Position numbers and translations under genes: made by a program. Shown here one piece after another: positions 18,942 to 28,379 of a stretch of DNA of 64,000 nucleotides (its first letter is position 1; the number at the start of each line of letters is the position of its first letter). This stretch comes from Bryobacterales bacterium. Lineage in GTDB: Bacteria; Acidobacteriota; Terriglobia; Bryobacterales; UBA6623. The DNA is taken from NCBI GenBank assembly GCA_965248305.1, contig OZ252099.1, forward strand, positions 6,331,658 through 6,395,657, read 5' to 3'. A model generated the notes under the pieces. That model saw nothing but the letters and a program-made list of their open reading frames with translations, did no database searches and was not told where the DNA came from.

Positions 18942-20369
18942 TCAGTCCGCCGCGATCGCATACAGATGCGAGCGGGTCATGATGAACAGTGCGCCGTTTG
19001 CCGCGACCGGCGTCGAGTAGATCACATTGCCGAAGTTGAGCTCCGACAGGACCTCCATCTCGCGTCCGGCTCTCAGAATGGACAAATCGCCGTCCTCATC
19101 GCCGATCAGCACCTTGCCGTCAACCACATAGGGCGATCCCCAGACCGCGGCTAGCATGTCGTGCTCCCACAGCATTGCGCCAGTCGCTAGGTCGAGGGCG
19201 TGGAAGAATCCGGAGAAATTCGCCGCGTACACGATATCGTCGTGGATCGCGACCGTCGAGATGGTCCGCCGGAACGGATGGCGCCAAACGACGTGGCTCG
19301 CAGTCACGTCACCGCTGCCAGAGGCATCCACGGCCCACAGGTGGCCGACACCCTCGCCGTGCTCAGGGTCTTGGCCCACGGCGACATAGACCTTGCCGTC
19401 CAGCATGACCGGAGTCGCGATGATGTTGTTGCGGTCGCCGCGGCCCTGCTTCCACTCCGAATCTTTTGGATTGGCGTCGAACTTCCAAATCAGGTCGCCG
19501 GTCTCGGGCACGAAACTGTACAGCCAGCCGTCGCCGCCGGCGAAGATCACCTGAGGCTTTCCGCCTGCCTGCCCGTAGGCCGGGGACGACCACTGGCCGT
19601 GCAGGATGTTCCGGCCGGGAGAGCGATCCTCCCAGACGATCTCGCCGGTCTTGCGGTTCAACGCCAGGAAGCTGGGGCTCCGTGGCGATGGAATGTTGAT
19701 GTGGCTCTCGTCAACGCCGTTCGACGTGTTCACAAAGAGCAGGTCGTCGACGACGAGCGGCGAGGTCGCGGCCATGTTGTGCGGGAACACGCCAAGCTCG
19801 TCGTACATATTGACCGACCAGATCACGTCCCCGTCCGTCGGGTCTTGCTTTTCCTCGTCTTGGTACGGCCCGTCGTTCTCACCGTCGCGGAAGCCCTCGG
19901 TGTCGAGCGCGAGCACTTCCGCGCGATTGGAAACGTAGTACACCATGCCATCGACAACGGCTGGAGACGAGCACACGCCCTGCTCCGGCCAGTCGTTGAC
20001 CCTGCCCGCGGCCAGCTTCGCGTGGGTCATCTGCCAGAGGAACTCACCGCTCTGCTCGTCGAACGCCATGAGCACGCCGCGGTCTCCCCCATAGGCCGCG
20101 TCCCGCATCATCTCGTTGTTGGTGCCGAGAAAGACCTTGCCGTCAGCAACGACCGGGTTCCCATACGACTGCGATCCGATTTCGGCTACCCACTTGACCT
20201 TGTCCTTGGCCTTGATGTCCCAAGTCCGCGGGATGCCGGTTTCAGCCGACACCATGTTCCTCGAGCCGTTGCCACCCCACATCGGCCAGTCGGCGCCTAG
20301 CGCCGGCGTCGCCAGTGCGAACGCTAGGGAGATGGAGAGCCAGTGGCTCGGAATTGGACGGGCAAACAT
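18942..20369 (-). CDS. Secreted PQQ-like beta-propeller repeat protein
   Basis: The ATG at 20369 is preceded by GGAG-6 nt. Signal peptide MFARPIPSHWLSISLAFALATPALGADWPMWGG. Repeated W/G-x-S-P-x-v-x-G-x-vy blades (GNPVVADGKVFLG, SSPAVVDGMVYYV, ATPVMLDGKVYVA, GSPYVVDGKVLIG). Confidence 0.8.
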   Translation of the reverse strand: MFARPIPSHWLSISLAFALATPALGADWPMWGGNGSRNMVSAETGIPRTWDIKAKDKVKWVAEIGSQSYGNPVVADGKVFLGTNNEMMRDAAYGGDRGVLMAFDEQSGEFLWQMTHAKLAAGRVNDWPEQGVCSSPAVVDGMVYYVSNRAEVLALDTEGFRDGENDGPYQDEEKQDPTDGDVIWSVNMYDELGVFPHNMAATSPLVVDDLLFVNTSNGVDESHINIPSPRSPSFLALNRKTGEIVWEDRSPGRNILHGQWSSPAYGQAGGKPQVIFAGGDGWLYSFVPETGDLIWKFDANPKDSEWKQGRGDRNNIIATPVMLDGKVYVAVGQDPEHGEGVGHLWAVDASGSGDVTASHVVWRHPFRRTISTVAIHDDIVYAANFSGFFHALDLATGAMLWEHDMLAAVWGSPYVVDGKVLIGDEDGDLSILRAGREMEVLSELNFGNVIYSTPVAANGALFIMTRSHLYAIAAD

Positions 20370-20391
20370 TACAGTCTCCGGTGCGTTGCGG

Positions 20392-22632
20392 TCAGTCACC
20401 GTAGGGCGTGACCTTCAAGTTGTCGTAGTAGATGTCCGCGGATGCGTAGCCGTAGATGCCGGGGCTTCCGTTTGCGTGTCCGATGTCATCGACAGCCTCG
20501 ATCGTCCACGCAGCCGGTTCCTCTTCGTCTCTGGGCCAGACTTTGCCGCGAATCGCGGTGCTGCCGTCGCTGCCGGGCTCCACCCGCAGCTTGACCCTGT
20601 ACCAGATGTCGGGGTCCCACTCTAGCTGGATCTCTTTTGAGAAGCGGCCCAGTTCAGACATCCAGGTGCGGATCATCAGCGTCTGGGCGTTGCCCATCAG
20701 CGCAAGGGTGTAGCGGTGTGATATCAGGCCCATGTCCGCCATGCGCCTGCGCTGCTCCGTGGACATCAGCTCGGCTTCGATCTCGTAAGCACTCTGCCGG
20801 GGCGTGCCGACGTACACAGTCGTGCGCCAGCTGCGGGGGTTGAGCGAGGGCTTCTTGAGCAGTTTTTCACCGTCGATCTCGACCACCGAAAACCGTCCGC
20901 GCGCCGCGGACCAGCCGTCGGGCACCGACTCCGGGGCGTAGCGCCCGAAATCTTCGACGAACCCGCCGGCGGGTCGCACGGCCACGCGCGCCTTGCCAGT
21001 GAGTCCGCCGATTGTCGCGGCGACCAGGCCGCCTTGCGGAAATTGGCTTCCGGCGGTGAAGTCGCCGTCCGGGCCCAAGCCTCCCTGCAGAGGCCCCTCG
21101 AGCGCCCAGTCCGCTTCCCGCTCGCCAATCAAGCGTCCTGTGGCGTCGAACAGCCGCGCCGTGAACTTAGCCCTGCCGCCCGGAGCTAGGTTGATCTCGC
21201 CGGGTATGACCTGCAGATGCGCGGGTGCGGCACCGGCCGGGGCCATGGCCGGCTCGGCGAGGGCGGGCGGGGCGGGGCCGGCCCGGCCCGCAGGGCCGCC
21301 GATGCAGTAGAGCGTGTTGTTGGTGATGAAGTAGACGCGGCCATTCGCGATGGCCGGGGATCCGTTGATCTGAGTTGCGCTGCCATCACTGTTCTTGAAC
21401 TCGTCAAGATCGGTCTTGCTCGGCTCTTGGCGTCCTGCCAGCCGAAATATGTGCAGCTTGCCATCCACGTCTGAGACGTACAGCTTGCCGTCGCCGATGA
21501 CGGGCGAGGCACGCTGGGCTATGCCGATGTTGCTCGTCCACAATCTCACCCCGGTCGCGCCGTCGAACGCGACTAGGTTCGCGGAGTTGTCAACGTGATA
21601 CAGGATGCCGTCCCGAATGACGGGCGTCGCGTAACCCGCGCCGAAGCCGTCGACCATCCACAGCTGCCGAGGCCTGCCATCCGTGATCTGGGAGGCGTCC
21701 AGCGCGACGAGCCGGCCCATCGAGGTGCTGGCGTCGACGTTCTCCTCGCTGTGGGAAGCGTAGACGGTTGAGCCGTCTACGACCACCGAGGAGTTGATGC
21801 CGCGCTTGGAGAGCGCGAATTCCCAGACCTTCAGGCCGGTGGCGACCTGCATTGCGTAAATGCCGCCGTCGCCGTTGCCCGTGATCAGGAGCCGCTGGCC
21901 CCCAATCTCGCGCACAATTGGCGCGGTGTAGGTGGTGTCATAGGGGGCATTGCCCGGTGTCGACAGCCAGATGGTCTCGCCCGTGCGCTTGTCGAGTGCG
22001 TAAAACCGATGGCGCGGGATGAATGTCGAGCCCCAGCCGGCCGAAAGAAAGCTCACGATCAGCAGGTCGTGATCGATGATGGGGGTCACGGTCCGCCCGC
22101 CGAAGCCCGAGATCCGCCCGATCTCCTCCGCGGTGGATCGTTCCCACAGCACGGTGCCCTCGGGGTCGAACGCGATCACCATGCCTTCCACGCCGTGAGC
22201 GAAGACATTCCCGGTGCTGGGATCGCCGACCAGGCTGGCCCAGCCGAGTCGGTGATGCGGAATGTCCGTCTGAAATACGCTGTAGCGGTACTCCCAGACG
22301 AGTTCGCCTGTGTCAGCGTCGAGGCACGCAATTTGCTCTTGCCAGCGGGTCTGGGTGTCCGGCTCGGCCAGCCGAATCACGCACACGCGCCCGCCAACCA
22401 CGACCGGCGCTGATCTGCCGCCGTAGGGCGCCTGCCACAGCAAGTTCTCGCCGTCGGGAGACCAGGTTTCTGGCAGGCCCGTGTCCGGGGAAACCCCGTC
22501 AGAGGCCGTGCCGCGCCAGGACGCCCAGGAATCAGCGGCAGCCGGCTGCGCGTGCAACGCCAAGGCCAGCACGAACGGGAGCGCTGTGGCTCGAAGAAGG
22601 GACTGTCGCGTTCTCATTTGACTGATTCGCAA
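20392..22632 (-). CDS. Secreted PQQ-like beta-propeller protein with C-terminal Ig-like and concanavalin/DUF1080-like extension
   Basis: 746 aa. Signal peptide, then WASWRGTASDGVS and propeller blades (RSAPVVVGGRVCV, ASPVIGDGKLYVS, GSPAIANGRVYFI). The C-terminal roughly 250 aa (..YEIEAELMSTE..YTLALMGNAQTLMIRTW..WYRVKLRVEP..GSPGIYGYASADIYYDNLKVTPY) resemble a lectin/LamG-like jelly roll. Confidence 0.8.
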   Translation of the reverse strand: MRISQMRTRQSLLRATALPFVLALALHAQPAAADSWASWRGTASDGVSPDTGLPETWSPDGENLLWQAPYGGRSAPVVVGGRVCVIRLAEPDTQTRWQEQIACLDADTGELVWEYRYSVFQTDIPHHRLGWASLVGDPSTGNVFAHGVEGMVIAFDPEGTVLWERSTAEEIGRISGFGGRTVTPIIDHDLLIVSFLSAGWGSTFIPRHRFYALDKRTGETIWLSTPGNAPYDTTYTAPIVREIGGQRLLITGNGDGGIYAMQVATGLKVWEFALSKRGINSSVVVDGSTVYASHSEENVDASTSMGRLVALDASQITDGRPRQLWMVDGFGAGYATPVIRDGILYHVDNSANLVAFDGATGVRLWTSNIGIAQRASPVIGDGKLYVSDVDGKLHIFRLAGRQEPSKTDLDEFKNSDGSATQINGSPAIANGRVYFITNNTLYCIGGPAGRAGPAPPALAEPAMAPAGAAPAHLQVIPGEINLAPGGRAKFTARLFDATGRLIGEREADWALEGPLQGGLGPDGDFTAGSQFPQGGLVAATIGGLTGKARVAVRPAGGFVEDFGRYAPESVPDGWSAARGRFSVVEIDGEKLLKKPSLNPRSWRTTVYVGTPRQSAYEIEAELMSTEQRRRMADMGLISHRYTLALMGNAQTLMIRTWMSELGRFSKEIQLEWDPDIWYRVKLRVEPGSDGSTAIRGKVWPRDEEEPAAWTIEAVDDIGHANGSPGIYGYASADIYYDNLKVTPYGD

Positions 22633-22769
22633 TACATGGCCCTTGAGAAAAGGCCATTGTATCAGTAGGCATGGCGATTCAACCGGCTGGGTGGTTTCTC
22701 ACGAGTCCGTCCGCAGGCGCCCGTCTGCGAGCGGCAGCAGTGCGACTTGATTGAGTAAGATGGGCCCCT

Positions 22770-23192
22770 ATGGCGCAACGCCCGTCCGCACCGCCGATGC
22801 GCGTGCTTGTGGCCAAGCCCGGCTTGGATGGTCACGATCGCGGCGCGAAGATTATCGCTCGGGCCCTGCGCGACGCCGGGATGGAAGTGGTCTACACGGG
22901 CCTCCGGCAGACCCCCGAGCAGGTGGTCAATGCGGCCCTGCAGGAGGACGTCGAATTCATCGGACTGTCGATCCTGTCGGGTGCACACATGGCGATCGTT
23001 CCGCGCGTCCTCGCCTTGCTTGAGGACGCCGAAGCGACCGACATTCGCGTCATTGTCGGCGGCATCATCCCGGACGCCGATGTGGCGGCTCTGAAAGAGC
23101 TGGGGGTTGCCGAGATCTTCCAGCCGGGCGCTTCGCTGGCGTCAATCACGGCGTATCTGGCAGAGCATCGTCCGCAGCGCGGTCTGGACTGA
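22770..23192 (+). CDS. Cobalamin (B12)-binding domain protein (methylmalonyl-CoA-mutase C-terminal-domain-like)
   Basis: [64 protein letters not shown] contains the DxHxxG B12-binding motif. Stand-alone, 140 aa. Confidence 0.85.
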   Translation: MAQRPSAPPMRVLVAKPGLDGHDRGAKIIARALRDAGMEVVYTGLRQTPEQVVNAALQEDVEFIGLSILSGAHMAIVPRVLALLEDAEATDIRVIVGGIIPDADVAALKELGVAEIFQPGASLASITAYLAEHRPQRGLD

Positions 23193-23277
23193 TCCGCTGC
23201 AGTGTGCGAAACGACTTGCGCTGCCGTCCGTCTCTATAAGGACAGCCGTGCGGATCGACACGCCATAATGGCCGTCT

Positions 23278-24135
23278 GTGCCACAGCGTAAGGTTCTCGG
23301 GATCGTCGGGGCGGGCAGCGTCGGACAGGCGCTGGCCCGTCTGCTGGCGCCGCACTTCGAGCTGCTCATCGCTTCGCTGCGGAACGCCGAGAACGCCGCC
23401 GCATTCGCCGGCGGCGGTGCGCGGGCTGTCACGCCGAAAGCACTGGCAGGTGCCTGTGAGTGTGTCTTGATCGCCGTGCCAGACTCCCATGTCCCGCCGG
23501 TAGCTGCCAGCCTTGTCGGGGACGGCGCGCGGATCGTGCTGCAGACGTGCGGAGGCCTGGGGCCGGCCAGTATGGGCGCGCGCTTGGATCCGGGCGTTTC
23601 CTGCGCGACGTTCCACCCGTTGCAGACGTTCCCTACGCCTCAGGCGGGCGTGAAAAAGCTGCCCGGATCGTTCGTAGGCGTCTGCGGCGATGGCGAGGCC
23701 CTGGCGTGGTGCGAGCGCTTGGCATGCGTGCTCGAAGCCACGCTCGTGCGCATCACGGAGGATCGCATGCCGATGTATCACGCAGCGGCGGTGCTGGCGA
23801 GTAACTGCACTGTCGGTTTGGTGGATGCCGCTGTTGCGCTGCTGGAAGACGCTGGAATGGAGCGCGCCGCTGCGCGTGAGGCGTTGCGGCCGCTGATGGT
23901 GGCGAGCTTGGAAAATGCCCTTACAATGGAATCGGAGCAAGCGTTGACCGGGCCCATTTCTAGGGGAGATGCGGTTACGGTGCGGCGCCACCTCGATGCC
24001 ATGCGGAATCTGCCCGCACCGCTCGCCGAGTTATATCGAGCATTCGGGTTGTATCTGCTGCCGCTAGCGTTGCGTGGCGGCTTGGGGACGGACGCCGCGA
24101 CCGAGGTCCGGTCGGCCCTTGCAAAGGAGCACTAG
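23278..24135 (+). CDS. Rossmann-fold NAD(P)-binding plus DUF2520-type protein (candidate PanG-like ketopantoate reductase)
   Basis: N-terminal VLGIVGAGSVGQALARLL dinucleotide fold. The C-terminal half (PMYHAAAVLASNCTVGLVDAA..LTGPISRGD) has the DUF2520 pattern. Sits immediately upstream of panB and panC. Confidence 0.7.
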   Translation: MPQRKVLGIVGAGSVGQALARLLAPHFELLIASLRNAENAAAFAGGGARAVTPKALAGACECVLIAVPDSHVPPVAASLVGDGARIVLQTCGGLGPASMGARLDPGVSCATFHPLQTFPTPQAGVKKLPGSFVGVCGDGEALAWCERLACVLEATLVRITEDRMPMYHAAAVLASNCTVGLVDAAVALLEDAGMERAAAREALRPLMVASLENALTMESEQALTGPISRGDAVTVRRHLDAMRNLPAPLAELYRAFGLYLLPLALRGGLGTDAATEVRSALAKEH

Positions 24136-24136
24136 C

Positions 24137-24967
24137 TTGCGACCTGCCGATCAAGTTGTGCGAGCCCCCGACCTGCTGCGCATCAAGCGCGGCGGCGAGC
24201 GGATTGCAATGCTCACGGCCTACGACTTCACCATGGCGCGACACTTGGACCGGGCGGGGGTCGACGTGCTGTTGGTGGGAGACTCGCTTGGCATGGTCGT
24301 GTTGGGGCAGGAGAACACGCTCTCGGTGACCCTCGACGCCATGGTCCATCACTCGGCGGCCGTATCGAGAGGTGTTTCGAGGGCGCTAGTGGTGGCGGAC
24401 ATGCCATTCCTGAGCTGTCACACAGGCGTGCCTGACGCTGTTCGAGGCGCCGGCCGGCTTGTGAGCGAGGGCGGAGCGCACGCCGTCAAGGTCGAAGGCG
24501 GCCACCAGGTGCTCGAGGTCGTCCAGAGACTCGTGGAGGCGGGAATCCCGGTCATGGGGCATTTGGGTCTCACGCCGCAAGCCATCCATCAGATTGGCGG
24601 TTTTCGCAAGCAGGCGCGGGGCGAAGCCGAGGCGCAGAAGTTGCTCGTGAGCGCCCAGGCGCTGGAAGCGGCGGGCGCGTTCGCGATTGTGCTCGAGTCG
24701 ATTCCAGAGCACGTCGCCGCTGACGTGACCCAGACGCTGGACATTCCGACCATCGGCATTGGCGCGGGGCCGCATTGCGACGGCCAAGTGCTCGTCAGCC
24801 ATGACGTGTTGGGGTTATATGACGAGTTCACGCCGGGATTCGCGAAGCGGTACGCGGAATTGGGCCGCGAAATGACAGCAGCGGCAGAGAGCTACGTCCG
24901 CGAAGTACGCGACGGCAAGTTCCCGGTGGCGAGAAAGCGGGTCCTGAACGGACGCTATTCGGGCTGA
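24137..24967 (+). CDS. panB: 3-methyl-2-oxobutanoate hydroxymethyltransferase
   Basis: TTG at 24137 with AAGGAG 8 nt upstream. LLRIKRGGERIAMLTAYDF..LLVGDSLGMVVLG..VVADMPF..AVKVEGG..VMGHLGLTPQ is the canonical PanB pattern. Confidence 0.9.
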   Translation: MRPADQVVRAPDLLRIKRGGERIAMLTAYDFTMARHLDRAGVDVLLVGDSLGMVVLGQENTLSVTLDAMVHHSAAVSRGVSRALVVADMPFLSCHTGVPDAVRGAGRLVSEGGAHAVKVEGGHQVLEVVQRLVEAGIPVMGHLGLTPQAIHQIGGFRKQARGEAEAQKLLVSAQALEAAGAFAIVLESIPEHVAADVTQTLDIPTIGIGAGPHCDGQVLVSHDVLGLYDEFTPGFAKRYAELGREMTAAAESYVREVRDGKFPVARKRVLNGRYSG

Positions 24968-24972
24968 GCCCA

Positions 24973-25836
24973 ATGGGGACGGAGCGCATCGCGCAGATCG
25001 CGAGGCTGCGCCAGCGCGTCGGGGCCGCCAAACGGAAGGGCCTGCTGGTGGGCTGCGTGCCGACCATGGGGGCTCTCCACGCGGCGCATACGGCGATGTT
25101 CGACCAGGCTCGCAAGGAGTGCGGTCTGCTCGTCGCGACGATCTTCGTCAATCCACTGCAGTTTGACCGGCGCGATGACCTGCGCAGCTATCCAAGGGAT
25201 CTCAATACGGACCTTGATATTTGTGAGCGGCACGGTGTGGACATCGCCTTCGCGCCGAAGCGGCAGGAGATGTACCCGCGCCCGCCCATAGCGACGATCG
25301 AGCTCGCGGGCTTGGCCGAGGGGCTTTGCGGCGCGCGCCGTCCGGGACACTTTCGAGGCGTCGCGACGGTGGTGCTCAAGTTGATGAATGCCGTCCAGCC
25401 GGACGTGGCCTACTTCGGCGAGAAGGATTACCAGCAGCTCGTCATCGTGCGGCGGTTGGTGGAGGATGCCTGCCTGCCGGTGCGCATCGCGGCCGTAGAG
25501 ACGGTGCGCGAGCCAGACGGTCTTGCCTTGAGCTCACGGAACGCCCTGCTGAGTCCGGACGAGCGCTCGGCCGCGCCAGTGATTGCGCAAGCGCTGCGGC
25601 GCGCACAGGCTGCGATCCGACAAGGCGAAGCCGATGCGGCCCGGGTCATCGAGCAGGCCGCAGCCAGCTTGTCACGCGAGCCCTTGCTGCGGCTCGACTA
25701 CTTCGAGATTGTCGATCCCGACAGCTTGCAGCCCGTGCGGCAGATCACCGGCCCGGTGCGAATCGCAGCAGCTGCCTTCTTCGGGAGCACGCGTTTGATC
25801 GACAACGTTCACGCGTCTCCGGCGAAGGCGCGATAA
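24973..25836 (+). CDS. panC: Pantoate--beta-alanine ligase
   Basis: GCVPTMGALHAAHTAMF (the HxGH-type motif), ATIFVNPLQF, RPGHFRGVATVVLKL, AYFGEKDYQQL. Confidence 0.9.
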   Translation: MGTERIAQIARLRQRVGAAKRKGLLVGCVPTMGALHAAHTAMFDQARKECGLLVATIFVNPLQFDRRDDLRSYPRDLNTDLDICERHGVDIAFAPKRQEMYPRPPIATIELAGLAEGLCGARRPGHFRGVATVVLKLMNAVQPDVAYFGEKDYQQLVIVRRLVEDACLPVRIAAVETVREPDGLALSSRNALLSPDERSAAPVIAQALRRAQAAIRQGEADAARVIEQAAASLSREPLLRLDYFEIVDPDSLQPVRQITGPVRIAAAAFFGSTRLIDNVHASPAKAR

Positions 25837-25891
25837 TGGCGCCAATGCGCCGAACCGCTCGTTCCTCACCTGTCTGCTGCTGTGTTGCTCG

Positions 25892-27145
25892 GTGGCTGGC
25901 GCCGCTCCGAACATCGTCCTGCTCTTCGCGGACGACCTCGGCTACGGCGACTTGGGCAGCTACGGCAATCCCACGATCCTTACGCCCAATCTCGACCGTC
26001 TCGCATCCGAGGGCATGCGGATGACGTCGTTTTATTCGGCGCCGTCCTGCGTCCCGGCCCGCACACAGCTGCTGGTGGGCCGGTATCCGAGCCGCGCCAA
26101 TGTGAGTCGCACGTCTGTGGGCGGCGATGGCGGGCTCCCCGCCGAGCTGATGACGCTGGCGCAGGGCCTGGGCGCCGCGGGCTACCGCACGGCGATGGCG
26201 GGCAAGTGGCATCTGGGCTACGCCCGGGAAGAGTACCTTCCGGTCGGCAAGGGCTTTGACCGCTGGTTCGGGTTGCCGTATTCCAACGACATGATCAAGC
26301 CGTGGGTGCAGACAGACGAGCCGCTCTGGCTGTACCGCTACGCCGAGCGGGTCGAGCACCCGGTCGACCAAGATCAGCTGACGATGCGTTACACAGCGGA
26401 AATTGTGGACGTGATCCGCGAGAAGTCCGCCCAGCCGTTCTTTGCATACTTGGCGTACAGCATGCCGCACTTGCCGCTGCGCACTGCCGGACGCTTTCGC
26501 GGCACGTCCAGGGCGGGGCTGTTCGGCGATGTGATTGAAGCGATCGACTGGTCGGCAGGTGAGATCCTGCAGGCGCTGGAGGAGGTTGGCAAGCGGGACG
26601 ACACCATCGTGATCTTCACCAGTGACAACGGCCCCTGGCTCAACCTGCCCGATCGCATGGTATCCGGCGGAGTAGTGCCGTGGCACGCCGGTTCGCCGGG
26701 CCCGCTCCGGGGAGCCAAGCACACGACCTACGAGGGCGGGGTGCGGGTGCCGTTCATCGTGCGCTGGCCGGGCAGGGTGTCGGCTGGGACAGTCACGGCG
26801 GAGATGGGCGCGACGTTGGATCTCTACACGACACTGCTGACGGCCGGCGGCGGCGAGGTTCCAGCCGGTTGCGACGGTCATGACCTAACGCCCTTGTGGG
26901 CGGGGCAGACCGGACAGTCTCCGCGGCGGGAGTTTGTCTACCACCGCGGGTCCGGTGTCCAAGGCATCAGGGTCGGTCCGTGGAAGCTGCGGACGATCGA
27001 TGGCGATGAGCTGTTCCAGCTCGACCGTGATCCATCCGAGCGGTACAACGTAGCCGCCGACCATCCGGAGATCGTTGCAGAACTGCGCGGACGCCTGGGC
27101 GAGTTCGAATCGCGCGTGGCGGCCGAACTGGCACCCTCGCAGTAA
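25892..27145 (+). CDS. Arylsulfatase-family (formylglycine-dependent) sulfatase; 5' end problematic
   Basis: PNIVLLFADDLGYGDLG.. and the SAPSCVPARTQLLVGRY (CxPxR) active-site motif, GKWHLG, SDNGPW. The first in-frame start is the GTG at 25892, but signal-peptide-like codons lie in frame upstream without a start codon (see findings). Confidence 0.8.
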   Translation: MAGAAPNIVLLFADDLGYGDLGSYGNPTILTPNLDRLASEGMRMTSFYSAPSCVPARTQLLVGRYPSRANVSRTSVGGDGGLPAELMTLAQGLGAAGYRTAMAGKWHLGYAREEYLPVGKGFDRWFGLPYSNDMIKPWVQTDEPLWLYRYAERVEHPVDQDQLTMRYTAEIVDVIREKSAQPFFAYLAYSMPHLPLRTAGRFRGTSRAGLFGDVIEAIDWSAGEILQALEEVGKRDDTIVIFTSDNGPWLNLPDRMVSGGVVPWHAGSPGPLRGAKHTTYEGGVRVPFIVRWPGRVSAGTVTAEMGATLDLYTTLLTAGGGEVPAGCDGHDLTPLWAGQTGQSPRREFVYHRGSGVQGIRVGPWKLRTIDGDELFQLDRDPSERYNVAADHPEIVAELRGRLGEFESRVAAELAPSQ

Positions 27146-27221
27146 CGTCTTTGAATTGGCGGGGGATGCCCGCCGGAACTGCGCGAACTACTGGGAGATC
27201 GCTGACCTCGCGGCCGAGCGC

Positions 27222-28379
27222 CTAATCCGTGGTGGGTGCCGGCAAGGGCAGCGGGATGGCTCTGCGTTCGGCGGCGGACAGTTTGGCCGCCTCCAGAATC
27301 TGCACGGCGTCCACGTTGATGTCCAGCGCAACGATGTGCTCTAGGGGCTTGTCGCCGGAGACGCGATCGATCATGTAGCGCACGGGATGGCTCGCTGCCG
27401 GGGCGAGATCCGGCAAATCCACCGGTGCAGCGCCGACGCGCCCCTTGCTCCGCGATAGCGAATCACGTGCCAGCGACAGGCTTCCCTCGAGCCCGAACAC
27501 TTCGAGGTGCTGGAAGCCTCGCGGAAGATCCCAGCTCGCTTCGAAAACACCCACGCTGTCGGGGTACGTGAGCACGAACACGGCGTTGTCCTCCACCTTT
27601 GGGAATCGATCCGGCTGGAGGTGGTTGACCGTGGCATAGACGTGTGTCGGCAGGCCCAGGTGCCACATTGCCCAAGTCGCGCTGTAGATGCCGAAATCGA
27701 CCAGCGCGCCTGCCCCGTTGGCGACCGGGTCGGTCAGCCAGTCGAAGAACACCTTGCGCTGCAAGTCGCGCGGGGAGGGGCCTCCGTTGCCCACGACACC
27801 GTGCAGCCGCCAGACCTTGCCGATTTTGCCGGAAGCCGTCAGGCGGCGCAGCTCGTGATTGGCCGACCACCATGCCATCTGGTAGTTGGTCATGACCTTG
27901 ATGCCGTGTTGGTTGGCGATCTCGCGGATGCGCACCGCATCGGCGTAGCTGCCTGCCAAAGACTTTTCGAAGATCACATGGACACCCAGTGGGGCGAGGA
28001 ACTCGACGAGTTCAAGATGCCGGTTGTTCTCGACGAAGGCCCACACGATCTCGGGCTGCGTTTCCTTGACGAACCTGCGGTAGTCGGCCTCGTAGCGGGC
28101 ATCCGGCTGGATCTGCTTGGCGGCTTCGACCAGGCCGGGGATCGATTCGGCGACTCCTACGAACTCTGCTTCCTGGATGCCCGAGATGTCGCTCAGCTGG
28201 CGCCAGCTGTGGCCATGTCGCAAACCGATGAAGCCGATCTTGGTGGCCGCCAAGACGGCGTCGCCCGCGAGCAGCAGGCAGAGCGAGAGCAGCAGGCACT
28301 GAGAGCCGTTAGGTAGGAATTGGTTGCGTGGCACGAAAGCTATTGTTACAAACCCACCACCCGACAATTTGAAACCCAC
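27222..28379 (-). CDS. Gfo/Idh/MocA-family oxidoreductase (exported)
   Basis: A hydrophobic leader, then KIGFIGLRHGHSW.., EFVGVAES.., VIFEKSLAGSY, typical of the GFO_IDH_MocA N- and C-terminal domains. Confidence 0.85.
   Translation of the reverse strand: MGFKLSGGGFVTIAFVPRNQFLPNGSQCLLLSLCLLLAGDAVLAATKIGFIGLRHGHSWRQLSDISGIQEAEFVGVAESIPGLVEAAKQIQPDARYEADYRRFVKETQPEIVWAFVENNRHLELVEFLAPLGVHVIFEKSLAGSYADAVRIREIANQHGIKVMTNYQMAWWSANHELRRLTASGKIGKVWRLHGVVGNGGPSPRDLQRKVFFDWLTDPVANGAGALVDFGIYSATWAMWHLGLPTHVYATVNHLQPDRFPKVEDNAVFVLTYPDSVGVFEASWDLPRGFQHLEVFGLEGSLSLARDSLSRSKGRVGAAPVDLPDLAPAASHPVRYMIDRVSGDKPLEHIVALDINVDAVQILEAAKLSAAERRAIPLPLPAPTTD

Noticed and set aside
22633-22769. A cobalamin riboswitch was expected upstream of the B12-binding-domain gene, and a purine riboswitch upstream of the purine permease (36170-36285).
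   Set aside because: I could not find a B12-box-like element or the conserved purine-riboswitch junction sequences by eye. Only an ordinary short hairpin is present. A covariance-model scan (Rfam/Infernal) would be the decisive test.
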